DNA of 63,887 bases, filler included, from Kipferlia bialata (taxonomy: Eukaryota): NCBI GenBank assembly GCA_003568945.1. It is 3 parts of 3 records of this genome, joined end to end, with 100 filler letters (N's around TTAATTAATTAA, not from the genome) between each part and the next. Parts side by side here need not be neighbours in the genome. Positions count along the whole stretch, not along the records: positions 21,840 to 43,553 come from BDIP01000318.1; 2 more parts are not named here. One strand, given 5' to 3'. Positions 24,901-36,857 of this stretch are shown piece after piece. The number at the start of each line of letters is the position of its first letter. Positions within the stretch are counted from its first letter, which is position 1. Under the pieces are notes generated by a model, which was given only the letters and a program-made list of their open reading frames with translations, searched no databases and was not told where the DNA came from. The position numbers and the translations under genes are program-made.

Positions 24901-26967
24901 CTGTGCCGTACCCGTTTTGAGTACCACGCAGAGCAACATCCCCGTGACAGACTCTCCAAAGGAGCTAGTGGTACGATTGTTTGTGTATATATATAGTCTC
25001 AACGCAAGTCACAATATGTCACGGCAGTTGTTGAGACTCTCTTACCCCAGGTGGATAAGGATTTTGTCAAGAAGGTGCAGAAGTACATCTACTACATCCT
25101 GGGGTTCATCGTGGCATCTGCCTTCCTCGCCATCGTCCTCTACAAGCACTCCATCCTGCTGGGTCTGGACCGCTTCCCCATCCAGTGGATCGAGGAGACT
25201 CCCTCCGAACTTGGGTGAGTGTGTATGTTCTATGTGGTATACCTACTGTGTCTGTTTAGCATACCCTCACCCCAGAGAGAAGAAGACCTGGATCGGAGGC
25301 GTCCTCAGCGGTGTCTTCTGGTGCTTCTTTGTCGTTATGGGCTGCGGCCTTGTGGTCCCATTCCTGTTCACCAACATCGCAGAGGACCGCTCCCTCGTCC
25401 CCCTCTCCCTGGCCTCCACCGACCTCACCGGCACTCTCACCATCGACCTCGCCCTCACTGGAGGCTTCGAGAGTTGTGTCGTGCCGGGGGTCGACGGCAC
25501 CAACGGATGTGCCGAGGCCATCCAGATCACCCTGCCCTCCCCTCTCCTCCCCGCCAACGTCACCCAGACCTGCACCAAGCCCTCCTCCGACAACTCCCAG
25601 TGCACTGTGCACCTAGAGGTGCCCAAGGCCCAGCTAGAATCCCGCGAGACAGAATTCGCATTCACCCTTGATGGCGACGCTGGCGAGTACTTTGCCTCTG
25701 TCGTAGAGTGGACAGTGACCTCGGACGCCTCCAACCCCAAGGTACTGACCTGTATATGGTATGATACTGTATGGTGCACGGATGCCACTTACCACTAGGT
25801 CTCTGAGCTCTCTACCTGGGGTGAGTTCCTCGCCCTCGTCATGTCCGAGATTGAGAAGTGGGACAAGTTCCACTGGTTCACCGGCAACGACGAGGAGGCC
25901 AAGCGCGAGCTGCAGACCTCCTCCATCACCGGTACCTTGCTCCCAGAGCCTTCCATGACCTTCCGCGGCATCACCGAGCCCACCGAGATCAGCATCTTCT
26001 CGACCGAGTCCATGTATCTACTCGACTACGAGCCCAGCGGTGAGGAGGCCAGCGAGCTCAACCCCAACCCCAGCACAGGCCGCATCTTCGAGGTAGGAGC
26101 ATGTCCTCTCTGTATTTCTCTACATTTGTACTCTCACCCCCTAGACATCAAGTACGAAAAGAGCATTTATCAAGTATATGTCAAGTGTATTCTCTGTTGT
26201 GGGTCACCTCTCTCACCCCCAGTTCATCAAGTACGAGAAGGGCAGCATGGTGAACAGCCAGAACTTCTGGGACCAGAACGGAGTCAGTCTCTCCATCCTC
26301 ATCGAGAGGAGTGAGAACGTTCTCTCCTGGAAGCAGACTAAGGTACGGCATGATCTGGTCTCCAAATACTCTCTCTACCACGCCTTCACTCCTCACAGAG
26401 CCAGATCGTTGGCAGAAGCATATATCCTCCTGCACACCCATAATCGTATAGTCTATGTAGTGATTTCACCCCCCAAGTATAGTCATTATGACCTACTGCC
26501 CCACCATGCTTCTATATATATGGAGTGGTAGACTCAGTATATAACACGTATACCTCACCCATTTGCAGGTTTAGGGCATGACTCCGTTTCTTCTCCGCCA
26601 TAGTACACATATATATAGTATTAGTACATATATACATAGCATACTGGCATACCCATACCCACATCAGGTCCAGGACATGGCCGCGTTCTTTGCCGCCATC
26701 CTCGGAGCCATGACCGGTCTACACGGCACCTTCGAGGGCATCGTAGGATTCCTACGCGGCCAGTGGGACGGGCACAACGACAGGAAGGAGGCCAAGAAGG
26801 CCAAGAGGGACGCTATAGTGGCCAGCGCCAGTAGCCGCCTGGCCCGCCCCACCGCCTACGACAACCCCCTTCTCACCGTACCACGTGGCAACGCCCCAGG
26901 AGGTGTTCGTGGGTCTTTACCCTTTGCCCCAGTCCGGGAGAGGTCAGGTGACCTCACCGCTGTCTGA
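21938..26967 (+). CDS. Large membrane protein: kelch repeats, Cys-rich insert, ephrin-receptor-like (GCC2/GCC3) Cys repeats, about 3 TM segments; 5' truncated
   Basis: Kelch motifs AIYAFGGKLG, LMVFGGQDNDG, MVLFGGMGTDGVLGDTYVF. Cys repeats CFACPTGRFSAHD..CTACPAGFYNG, CLACPSGTYNGDEGAAQCLPCPDGYTCP. Hydrophobic segments YILGFIVASAFLAIVLY, IGGVLSGVFWCFFVVMGCGLVVPFLF, FFAAILGAMTGL. Stop TGA at 26967. Strong C/G third-position bias and short introns. Confidence 0.8.
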
Positions 26968-27409
26968 GGCAGGGCATAGATCCAGTGTCTGATACTGATA
27001 CGGGCGTGACCTAGCGGCATGCTGTGCAATATATATATGTAGTATTGTGTGTAACTGATAGTAACAGTGTATGTAATAGTTTAGCAATATGGGTCTCTAG
27101 TGTATCTTAGAGATATCGGTAGGGTATGGAAGTTAGCATATCATACTGAGGCAAATTTCTATACTGTATAGTATACACTCGACATATATTTTGAGCCCCA
27201 TGATACCCTTTGCAGCAAAAGTCACCTGCCACCCCATGTCAAGGGATATAACCCATACGAGACCCCGGGTGACATGGCGGTATGGGACTACTACTATTGT
27301 TTGTATGTGGATGGTATGATTGTCACTGACAGACGTCTGAAATGTCTGACCCTTTTTCAGGCGATGAAAAAAATGGCAGGTACATCAACAGTCTTTTCAC
27401 TCATCAGCC

Positions 27410-27541
27410 ATGGGTTTCCCTCCGAACCCCCGTTTTGCTCGTGTAGACATCCCTGGGAAGGGAAGGGGCCTTGTGGCGTCCCAGGACTTCACGCGAGGTG
27501 ACGTTATTCTGGTTGAGAAGGCCCTGCTGGAACTGCCCAAG
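27410..27541 (+). CDS. First exon encoding the N-terminal half of a SET domain (SMYD-like)
   Basis: MGFPPNPRFARVDIPGKGRGLVASQDFTRGDVILVEKALL matches SET motif I (GxG-L-A...GDxIxxE). Donor GTACTC follows. No C-terminal NHSC motif was found downstream. Confidence 0.65.
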
Positions 27542-27665
27542 GTACTCTCTCTCTCTCACCTCTCTCTCTCTCATACTAATGTAACTCTTATCTATGTCGA
27601 TGCATGTCATCATATAGTACAACGAGAAGTCATATCTACCCCTGTTCCCCCCCCCCCCCCCCCCC

Positions 27666-27699
<34 letters not shown>

Positions 27700-27934
27700 A
27701 TATCTCTCTCTTGGAGTGAAGACGTCAAGATTGATAGTCTCTCCCCAAGGAATAGGGTATCAGAAGTGTGACACATAGTAGTATCCCCCCCCTTCCCCTC
27801 CTCCCCCCCCCTTCCCCACCTCTCGGTTCCCCCAGTCTGCTCGCCTCTTGGTGTCTCTACTGTTCTTCCTTACCATAGTGTTATACTTCCTTCTGACTCC
27901 CTGCCATGCGTGACCCTGTGTCTGTGTCCACCAG

Positions 27935-30900
27935 GGACATACCCGCACAGACAGGTAGATGTATATTTGTGTACGTCAGCTCTGAGATACTGTATCTATT
28001 GTATGTGTGATCCCTGGACCTAGGATATATGGTATATATACTATTTGTTCCCATATAGATCTATACGTTGCATAGATAGTATATATATCAAGTAGTCACT
28101 CTTCATTCTAACTTCAGACAAGCGCTCTCTGTTTGCCCTTGGTCCCAAGGATGACTCGGGCATATAGTGTATACATATACATATATATATTGGCAAGTGT
28201 TAACACCTATTCCTAACTCGCAGACAAGCGCATTCTGTTTACACTTGGTCCCAAGGATGACTCTGGCATATTATATATATATGTATAGATACGTAACGTA
28301 TCTATACACGTATCATACGTGTATATATGAACTAACTCCTTATGCTAACCCCCAGACAAGCGCATTCTGTTTGCCCTTGGTCCCAAGGATGACTCGGGGG
28401 TATACTACCTGGAGAGAGAGCTGCAGCTAGAGCTGACCCTGCCCCAGTACCAGATAAGGGCTACACTCAGAGAGGGGTTCCAGACAGACCTGAGGTGTAT
28501 ATCTATATATATACACGTATATATGTAGATATATATAATAGAGCATGTATATATATATAGGGAGAGAGTGTGTGTTAGTATATAGTATCAGAGCCACACT
28601 CAGAGAGGGGTTCCAGACAGACCTGAGGTAATATCAAAGAGACTACCTGTATATATGATAGAGAATTGAGGTGACCAGAGAGAGAGAGAGAAAGAATATA
28701 TGGTATACGTTCCACCCTTAGAGAGGGGTTCCAGACCAACCTCAAGTACACATGCATACATATATTACAGTCTACGCGATTGTCTAACCGTGTAGGTCTG
28801 GCCCCGATGTCCTTGACCTAGTGGGTATGGCTGACCATGACTTCCCCTGTGCCTGGCTGATGCATGATGTACTGTACGCAGTGTATGGGACAGGGGAGGG
28901 GGGGAAGATACCAGAGGTATGAGGACAGTACTATAGATTGGTGCATATATATATATATATATAAACTGCATGATGTACTGTCTGCAGTGTATGGAACAGG
29001 GGAGGGGGGGAAGATACCGGAGGTACAGTGTATATGTCAAGCCCAACTCCCTCTCCCGTCCCTTGCCTACTCAATCACATACCCATTACGAATATGATAA
29101 GCTCTATTCTCAGTATATCTTCCCTCAACACCCCAGCCCTCCGTCGCCTGGCTGACTCTATCAACTCCATCAACATAAATGTACTAAACTCTCTATATCT
29201 ACACTAATCAGTGAGTCTGCCCCCAGCCCCACCCCTCTCTTAGGGGCCTTGCTGAGTCCATCATAAGGGACATCATCATATATTCACTATATACTCTACA
29301 CACTACACTGATCCATATTCACATTGATACTAACGCAAGCCCCATCCTTCACTGCGTGGCCTTGCTGACTCCATCATGAGGGACATCATACAGGGGTACT
29401 ACGGGGCACCGGTATGATTATTAACTAACCATAGACCAATACTATACATGGGTCATATATATTCCATACATTATACATATAGTGAGTCTCTAGTTAGGAA
29501 GGGAGACATCCAGGGGTACTACGGGGCACCGGTATGTGTATATGAGTGTACATACATAATAGTTATGAAGAGATATGATACAGGGGTACTACGGGGCACC
29601 GGTATGATAATATGTATATTATGTATAATGAATATTAATGAACTGTACATAGACCAAATATACAGTCCATGCCCTATACAATCAGTCTCTAGTTATGAAG
29701 AGATATGATACAGGGGTACTACGGGGCACCGGTATGACTAATCGCTCACATACACGTTTCAATGCATATACACAATACTCATGTTAGTGGAGACATTATT
29801 GGTATGGGTATACACTAGAAGACTCGGATATACTAGTATACCTAGTATGCCTAGTATTTCCTGTATAGCCCCGACTCCAGATAAGCGGTGCTGTTGTTCC
29901 CATGTTGGTGTGGTTGCCAAAGAATGACAGTAGCTATGTATCTACATAACTATACATCTATATGTCTATGTAGTATTCTAAGCCTCAGGTCCGTGGTACT
30001 GTTCCCCATGCTGGTGTGGTTGCCAAATTAGTATATTCACATATACTTGTATATATATATCCCTATAGTATATAGTGGCAATAAATATATCCCCACCTCA
30101 GGTCCGTGGTGCCGTTGCCCATGCCGGTGTCGCTGTAGGGGGTGGGCCATCCTGGAGGACAGTCAGTGACAGGGACAGAGGTACATATGTGTATGTATGT
30201 ATATATCTCCTTGTATACACATACATGAATGGCTATATTCGTATGTATTACTGTATGGCCATCGTGGAGGACAGTAAGCGACAGGGACAGAGGTACTACA
30301 TATATATATATATATATGGTATAGTTTTGGTAAGAGGCATCAGTGCGTTGATACGTGGGGGTGGATATGGTGACTGTATCTATCTCATGGGTCTATACCA
30401 TACACATCTCACCCCCAGTCAACTTCCCCCTGATCGATCTCTTCATATGGGTCAGGGAGGAGCCACTGGCACCCTTTGCAGACACGCCACACGTGAGGTA
30501 AGGGGTCAACTACCCAGCCCTCTCTTATCAATTACAGTGTGAGAATACACGCTAGAGTCCTTAAGACTATACTACTATTATGTTGCACCCTTTGCAGACA
30601 CGCCACACGTGAGGTATGGGGTCAACTGAACACCTGTTACAGTGTATATATACACCCTAGAGTTCTTCACGTGACGTAGCGTGTATAAGTAACAATGAAA
30701 CAGAGTATTGTATGAGATGTATTTTGTGTATAGCAGAGGGCCGGGGCTGGTATATATATACATTCATGTAAATGTATATATATGCCATGTACCTATACAA
30801 TACCAGCGTATGTTTATACATATGTGTATATATACATACACTCACCGCAGGTATGAGGGCGTCAAGCAGAGGGCCGAGGTGCTGCCAGTACCTGAGGTAT

Positions 30901-31035
30901 GCATGCACATATATATCTACACATATATAGCTATACGTATATATCTGAAGTGTTGACTAACCCGAGGGAGATGCCCCACCCCCAGAGAGGGGGGAGGTGA
31001 GGGGTGTGGAGGGGTGCGGGTGTGTGGTCATGTGA
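27935..31035 (+). CDS. Multi-exon hypothetical protein ending in a CaaX prenylation motif (GCGCVVM); may or may not continue the SET exon
   Basis: Spliced DIPAQT|DKRILFALGPKDDSGVYYLERELQLELTLPQYQIRATLREGFQTDLR|SGPDVLDLVG...GKIPE|...|YEGVKQRAEVLPVPE|GDAPPPERGEVRGVEGCGCVVM-TGA (31033-31035). Confidence 0.6.
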
Positions 31036-31421
31036 AGAGGTTTGGGGTGGAAGTCACTTGAGACGAGTCCAATGTTCTCGAGGTGAACTGATAGCTGGTG
31101 TAGTAGGAGGCTATCCAGCAAATAGAGGCCAAGTGCTATCACAACCGCTGTAGACACACAACTGATGAATAGACTACTATAGTGAGTGAGAGCACAACTT
31201 GTGCCACAAGAAGCCCTTACGCTGATAGGTATACTGTGACATAGAAACCCTCAAGCTCATAGGAGATGGCATGTGCTGTATTAGAACAGCCACCACGTAA
31301 GTAGTACCACACAGACTTTTCACAGACGTAATACAGGCCACCACACCTTCGGTCGTGTGACAAGAGCCTTTGACCCTCAACTCTGCAACTTACACAATCA
31401 CAGGCACCAGCCAGTCTAACG

Positions 31422-32420
31422 ATGGTGCCCATGCAGCACTGTATACTGAAGTGCAAGTGGGTTGATAACCTCACCGTGTGTGCATACATTGGCCCCTTGA
31501 CCCCTGAGGGTGGCGTACCGGACTACTTTCATCCTACTGAGCCATATGCGATGCTTGCGTTGGCACCAGATGTCACAACGAAGTGCGTTGAGTCTCGTAT
31601 TGTAACTATTGAGCCTGTTTCCCGGACTGTTACCGTAGATGTGATACCAAACCCCTTTCAGCTGCTTTACAGGATGTCTGCCACAAGGGTAGGGGCCCAT
31701 GTGTACGTGTATGGCGGCCTTACGACACAGGATCATGCTTCAGCTTCAGACGCCCTCTACACATTCCACATACCCACAGAGCAGTGGAGGCAGATACCAA
31801 AGAGAGGAAGGTGGCCATGTGCAAGGTGTGGGCATGTAGCATTTACCCTGGATGGTAGACTCCATGTAATGGGGGGATATACTCCAGAAGAACTGTTGGT
31901 AGCTGGTCGGTTCCCTATAGTAGTAGAACGTGGAGCCCACGACCACTGGATCTACACCCCCAGCACAGAGCGCTGGCACCTTGCCCATGGGGGTTTCCCA
32001 ATGGTAGTATACAAGTTGCGCCGTGGTGGCGTGGTTTCCAGTGACGTGTTCTACCTGATATCAAAGGCCAAGGCCAAGGCTTCTGAGAACTTGTCTGACT
32101 TGTCGGTTAGGAGGCCCCCTACTCTGTTGTATTCTTACACAGATCGGAGCGGGTGGCAGGTACACTACCAGCGCCTACCCATATTCGGGTTTCACAAGTT
32201 GCGTGTGCGCGGTACTGACCTCTGGCTCTATGATATCGACTCGGTACACATCTATTGTACATCCTCTAGAACGTGGAGGGAGGTGCCGCATAGGAGGTTA
32301 GTGGATAGTGGTGGGATGCTAGTACTCGCCCTGGGTGACAACATTGCCCCATGCACCACACTTAAGGTGACATCTGGGGCACAAGAGATGGAGACAGAGT
32401 GGGTAGAGTGGGAGTACTAG
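31422..32420 (+). CDS. Intronless kelch-type beta-propeller protein
   Basis: 332-aa ORF with VYVYGG..LYTFHIPTEQW and RCGHVAFTLDGRLHVMGG..WIYTPSTERW kelch repeats. Confidence 0.88.
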   Translation: MVPMQHCILKCKWVDNLTVCAYIGPLTPEGGVPDYFHPTEPYAMLALAPDVTTKCVESRIVTIEPVSRTVTVDVIPNPFQLLYRMSATRVGAHVYVYGGLTTQDHASASDALYTFHIPTEQWRQIPKRGRWPCARCGHVAFTLDGRLHVMGGYTPEELLVAGRFPIVVERGAHDHWIYTPSTERWHLAHGGFPMVVYKLRRGGVVSSDVFYLISKAKAKASENLSDLSVRRPPTLLYSYTDRSGWQVHYQRLPIFGFHKLRVRGTDLWLYDIDSVHIYCTSSRTWREVPHRRLVDSGGMLVLALGDNIAPCTTLKVTSGAQEMETEWVEWEY

Positions 32421-33095
32421 TCTGGCAACTGGTACACCGATGACTATACACTATACATAGTTTAGACACACTGAATCAGTGTGACACTGATCCAGAAAGT
32501 ACACACATGCAAACACAAATAGCCAAGGCCAACACACACTTCAGAGGAACTGTCAGTGTTCTGTTGGAGTGAAAGTCACACTACTAGTCTAGTGGTGTGT
32601 GTCAAGGGCGCTAGAAGATGGAGATGCATGCGCCATCGATGGATCTTCTTCTTGGGAGATTTCTACAGAGTCATTGCCAGTTTTGCTACACGTGTACTTC
32701 TCCACACTTCCCAAGGGCAGCCTAGGGTGAAGACAATACGAGGGGCCCTTAGTATCATATTCCACTCCTTCAGTCAAGTAATAGGTACCCAGAGTTGAGA
32801 CACACAAGATAGGTAGGTCCCTGGGATCACGCCATACAGTGTATGGCGGCCATACACTCTTATGTATCACCTTCTGATTTGGCTTGTATCCGTTAATATA
32901 CAGCCGCGTAACCTAAATCGAACCGTCTATGCAATAGGATTCACTTGGTTATCTATTCGATCCCGTTATGTCTGAGACGTACCATTCTCTATTGAGATAT
33001 ATACTTAGGACCAGATCACTCTTACTATCCGAAAGAGCGCCCTACGTCGGATTGACGACTCTCAACTACGATCAAACGCAAAGCCCCCTTTACAC

Positions 33096-34376
33096 TTAGA
33101 GAGTCAGTGTAAACGCTTCACTGCAAGTGCCGTCTCGGTCGGAACCAGCCTCGTACAGGAACAGGCACGTTGTGTCATTGAGAGTGACAGGGACATGATG
33201 AGTGTTAGGTGTGGGAGGGAGAACTAGCCTTGGCACCCTCTCCCACTCACCGGTAACAGGGTCCCATATGTAGACAGGGTACTGAAGAGGCGACGAGAAG
33301 TGGTTCGGCCTCTCTCTCTGGCAAGAAATTGTGACCAGTCGCCCAGAGATCTGGAGATTGGCAGATGTACAAATCCAGTATCTATACGTCTGTCGGTATG
33401 TTATATGAGTGTCTCCATCTTCTTCCACAGGTACCGTTCGAAGGAGAACGTGGATGGTCTGACCAAAACACTATATACTATATAGTACATAGTCAGAATT
33501 TCAGACTCTGATACATTGTTATCGTACCTGGGTGGCACTGACGACAGTGTGTGTATGTGCTGGCATTACACGTTGGCGGCCACGCAGACGGTCGCAGGTG
33601 ACATGTAGTCTGTGACCGCCTGTGGAGTAGAATACATGGGCGGTATCATTCAGTGTGGCAACTTGTGAAACTCCACCCCTCCTTGTCTGGGGATGTGTGT
33701 CACTCTCTTGCAGACATGACCACACACCAGTCTCAGGGTTGTAGCAGTCTAAACAGGAGTAACGCTTCTGCAGTGCTGCGGTACGGATGATAGGTGGCAG
33801 ATCGGCGCTCATTACCACTAAGTGGTCATCTAGACACACAGCTATAGGATCACACCTCCCAGGGAGTGGGGAGGGTTCAGTCTCCCCTGGCGCTAACCAC
33901 TTCGGCCCAGGCAGCACGGACCACTCTTCTGTGGCAAGATCAAAGACATGCAAATCGTCAATCGTGTCATAGGGGTATCCATGGCGTTGTAAGACATAAC
34001 CCCCGTCGACATATACAGCATCCCCCACCCTAGCCATGGAGATCTGTCTCACTCTCTTGTCACCAAAGGGTGAGGGAATGACCCTGCTCTCACGCACGTG
34101 TGGTGTGGCATTGTCTTCGAAGGAGACAGACAGCATCAAGAAGGGAAGCTCGCCCTTAGGCTGGCTACTACGCTGCAGAAGCACCCTGTTGTGACAAGCG
34201 TTCACACCTGCCAGTACCCATGAACGGCCCTGTAGGGCAGTCACTGCGTCTAGGGATAAGGTGTGAAACTCCATGGGTCGACAGAGTGATAGTTCAGCGA
34301 GGGTTAACACTGGCTGTAGAGAGGGCAGCCAGTGACTGCCACAGTCCCCTTGATAATCATTGATAACCATGTCCAC
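33096..34376 (-). CDS. Kelch-like beta-propeller protein, probably two exons
   Basis: ORF 34376-33519 (MARVGDAVYVDGG, VFDLATEEW, YNPETGVW). A donor after ..SATQ (~33528) joins in frame to TIHVLL..IWDPVTGEW in ORF 33428-33096. Confidence 0.65.
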
Positions 34377-34948
34377 AGGACGAGGGTATCATTTGACTGT
34401 TCAGTAATCAGTGTGGGATGCGAAACAAAAGTATGAGTATAATATTGGAATAGATGGGCATTGACTGTACGTAATTGAATGTAGTTGCACATCCCAAGCT
34501 GTGGCACACCTTGAGGAATTATCTATGATGAACATCCTGGGGTGTCTATTTGGAGCTTGTCTCTCGTTGTCAGGCCACCAAACATGATACCACAGGCAAC
34601 TATTCTTGTAAAGGATACATTTAGCGAACACCCAATGGTACCTCCGGGGCCATGGAAACAAGATCTAAAGCCAGAATTCGGAAACCAACGTACTAAATGC
34701 TTTACACTACACAATATATATTACAGACCCTGTATCCAGCAACTCTCTCTCTTCTCTTCTCTCCCCATACCCTTCCTCCCCTTATCCCACCATGCCTATA
34801 GGACAGTGCAGTGTGAGGTGCCACAGCATTACCCAGATAGAGCAGTAGCTGCAGCTCAATAACTCCACCTCTACTTACTCTCTAGTACACCCACTCTGAC
34901 CACTCTGTCTCCATGTCCGTCCTGCCCCTCTCTCTCTCTCTCCACCCC

Positions 34949-35898
34949 CTAGTAATGCCACTCTGACCACTTTGAGTCCATGTCTGTCCTTCCCCACTTT
35001 ACACTCAGCATGGTGTTAGGGCCAGCTGCATGCCCCAGCCGGTCCAGATATTGATCCCTCCCCTCATTGTACTCCTCCTCGGGCACCTGTCTCCACGTGC
35101 AACTACCGGTATCATACAGGTGTAGGTCACCCCTTGAGAACACACACAGGTCCGGACCACGCGCACGGAGACCCGTTGGTTCTATGAAGGGCAGTGCTAT
35201 TGGCTCTAGCTCCCACCCGTTCTCCTCACTGTATGTGTACAGTCTACAAGGGTCATTGAACGCCGCCTCTTCCTTCTTACCCATCTGGTAGTATACCTCA
35301 TTCACCACCACCCCTGTGGACTTGGGCCAGATGGGTACCTCACCCACTAGAGTCTAGTGACTAGACGCCATGTCTCGGTGCTAGGAGTGTACACCCAGTG
35401 CTCATACGAGGGCTGGCCATAGGCCATGTCGCAGAGGACACCCGCCATGATATGCAGGTTACCCCCGAGAGAGAATGTCTTATGGCCATTCCTTGCAAGT
35501 GGCCACTCTCCTTCACCCTTGGGTATCAGCCTCCACTCTCCAGTGGCTGTGTCATACTCATGTAGGGTATCGGTCTGGGAGTGGAAGCTCTGATCCATGG
35601 ACCCCCCAAACACATATGCACACTCCCCTACTCTGGTTAGAGACATGGCCGTCATGGTCTTAATCGGGTTGGACACAGTCTCAAATGTCACATCTCTTGT
35701 CACAGGATCCAATGTGACAATGTGAGTGGAGGTGGGTCTCCAGGTCTCAGCGCTCAACAATAGCGTTGCGAATGGCTCACTAGGGTGATAGAAGTCTGGT
35801 ATGCCACCCTCAGGGGTCAAGGGGCCAATGTATGTGGTTATACAGTGGTCATCAATTTTCTGGCTCTTAATGAGACAGTGCAGCATGGGCACGGGCAT
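34949..35898 (-). pseudogene. Kelch paralog of 31422-32420, broken by a 14-bp frameshifting insertion
   Basis: ORFs 35898-35347 and 35347-34949 together align end to end with the 332-aa paralog (YIGPLTPEGG.PD..HP.EP; W.EW.Y*). The break is at TGG CGT CTAGT[cactagactctagt]GGGTGAG. Confidence 0.72.
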
Positions 35899-36468
35899 AT
35901 GTGATACTAGTATACCAGTGCCTCAGGATGAGATTATGACTCAATTACAGATTTAAGAGAAAGACAAGAATAGTGCATGGGAACAGGTATTGGCTGTATT
36001 AATGCCTAAGGGTGAGATTATGACTTTATACCAGACTTAAGAGAGAAAGAGAGAGGCATAATAAACGCTAATTCCTAAGGGTGAGGATGTTGCTGTGCAT
36101 AGGTAGCAGAGTCGAGAACTGGCGAAGTATATTGATATATATTCATATAGAGTACCATCCCGGAGAGTTGGGGTCTAATTGATACTATAGTTGTGTTAGG
36201 ATAGGATGGGAAACGAAGACATAGTAATTTCTGGAAACAGAAAAGAGACAAAGGATGAAGGTGATACTGAGGAAGTGTTTTACAGCCACAAGGAATATAT
36301 AGAGAGCAATGCTACTTGGCATTGTGCTGACACACTTTAAAGCTAGAAAGGGATTGGGGGGCGGGGGGGGGGGGGGGGGGGGGGAGGGGGGGGGGGGGGG
36401 AGGAGGGAGCGGGGGGGGGGGGGGGGGGGGGGGGGTAAAGCAAGGTCTCCATGTCTTACTCAACACAT

Positions 36469-36684
36469 CTAAGCTCCACACCGTACCCAGCTGTGGACTA
36501 TGCCTGCTAGCACGTCATCCAAATCTCTCTCTCTCTCTCTCTCTCCAGTGTGCCCCTCCATAGCCAGACAGTGACCACACAGAGACACTACCCTCTCCAC
36601 AGCACGCTGAATGTCACTGTCAACTAGGGATAGAGCCTCTCTGAACTCCTCATCGATATCTCTTACACTAGAGGCACCATTCAT
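36469..36684 (-). CDS. Probable first exon of a hypothetical gene, divergent from the zinc-finger gene
   Basis: 71-aa ORF MNGASSVRDIDEEFREALSLVDSD.. with natural composition and a possible GTACGG donor near 36485. The continuation is lost at a poly-G tract. Confidence 0.4.
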   Translation of the reverse strand: MNGASSVRDIDEEFREALSLVDSDIQRAVERVVSLCGHCLAMEGHTGERERERDLDDVLAGIVHSWVRCGA

Positions 36685-36857
36685 CGTTGGATTAGAGAAT
36701 GTGAAAGAAACTTGTGGTAGGCTAGACCCCTAGATCGCTCTCAGATACGAACCCTTATTGCCAAAAATTACCGATCGGAAAGATACGGTCGAGCTTGGCC
36801 CTGAGGCGAGGCCTCTCTTCTCTGCTGTTTGACACATAAGGCTGAGAGTGAGACAAC

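Noticed and set aside
32589..32870. 93-aa minus-strand ORF between the kelch genes
   Set aside because: No recognisable motif or splice support; possibly a decayed fragment.
36356..36435. Poly-G/poly-C tracts (also 15-40, 21846-21885, 27648-27698, 43659-43702) giving poly-Pro/Gly ORFs or possible G-quadruplexes
   Set aside because: Homopolymers at contig ends or probable low-quality joins; sequence unreliable and no coding context.
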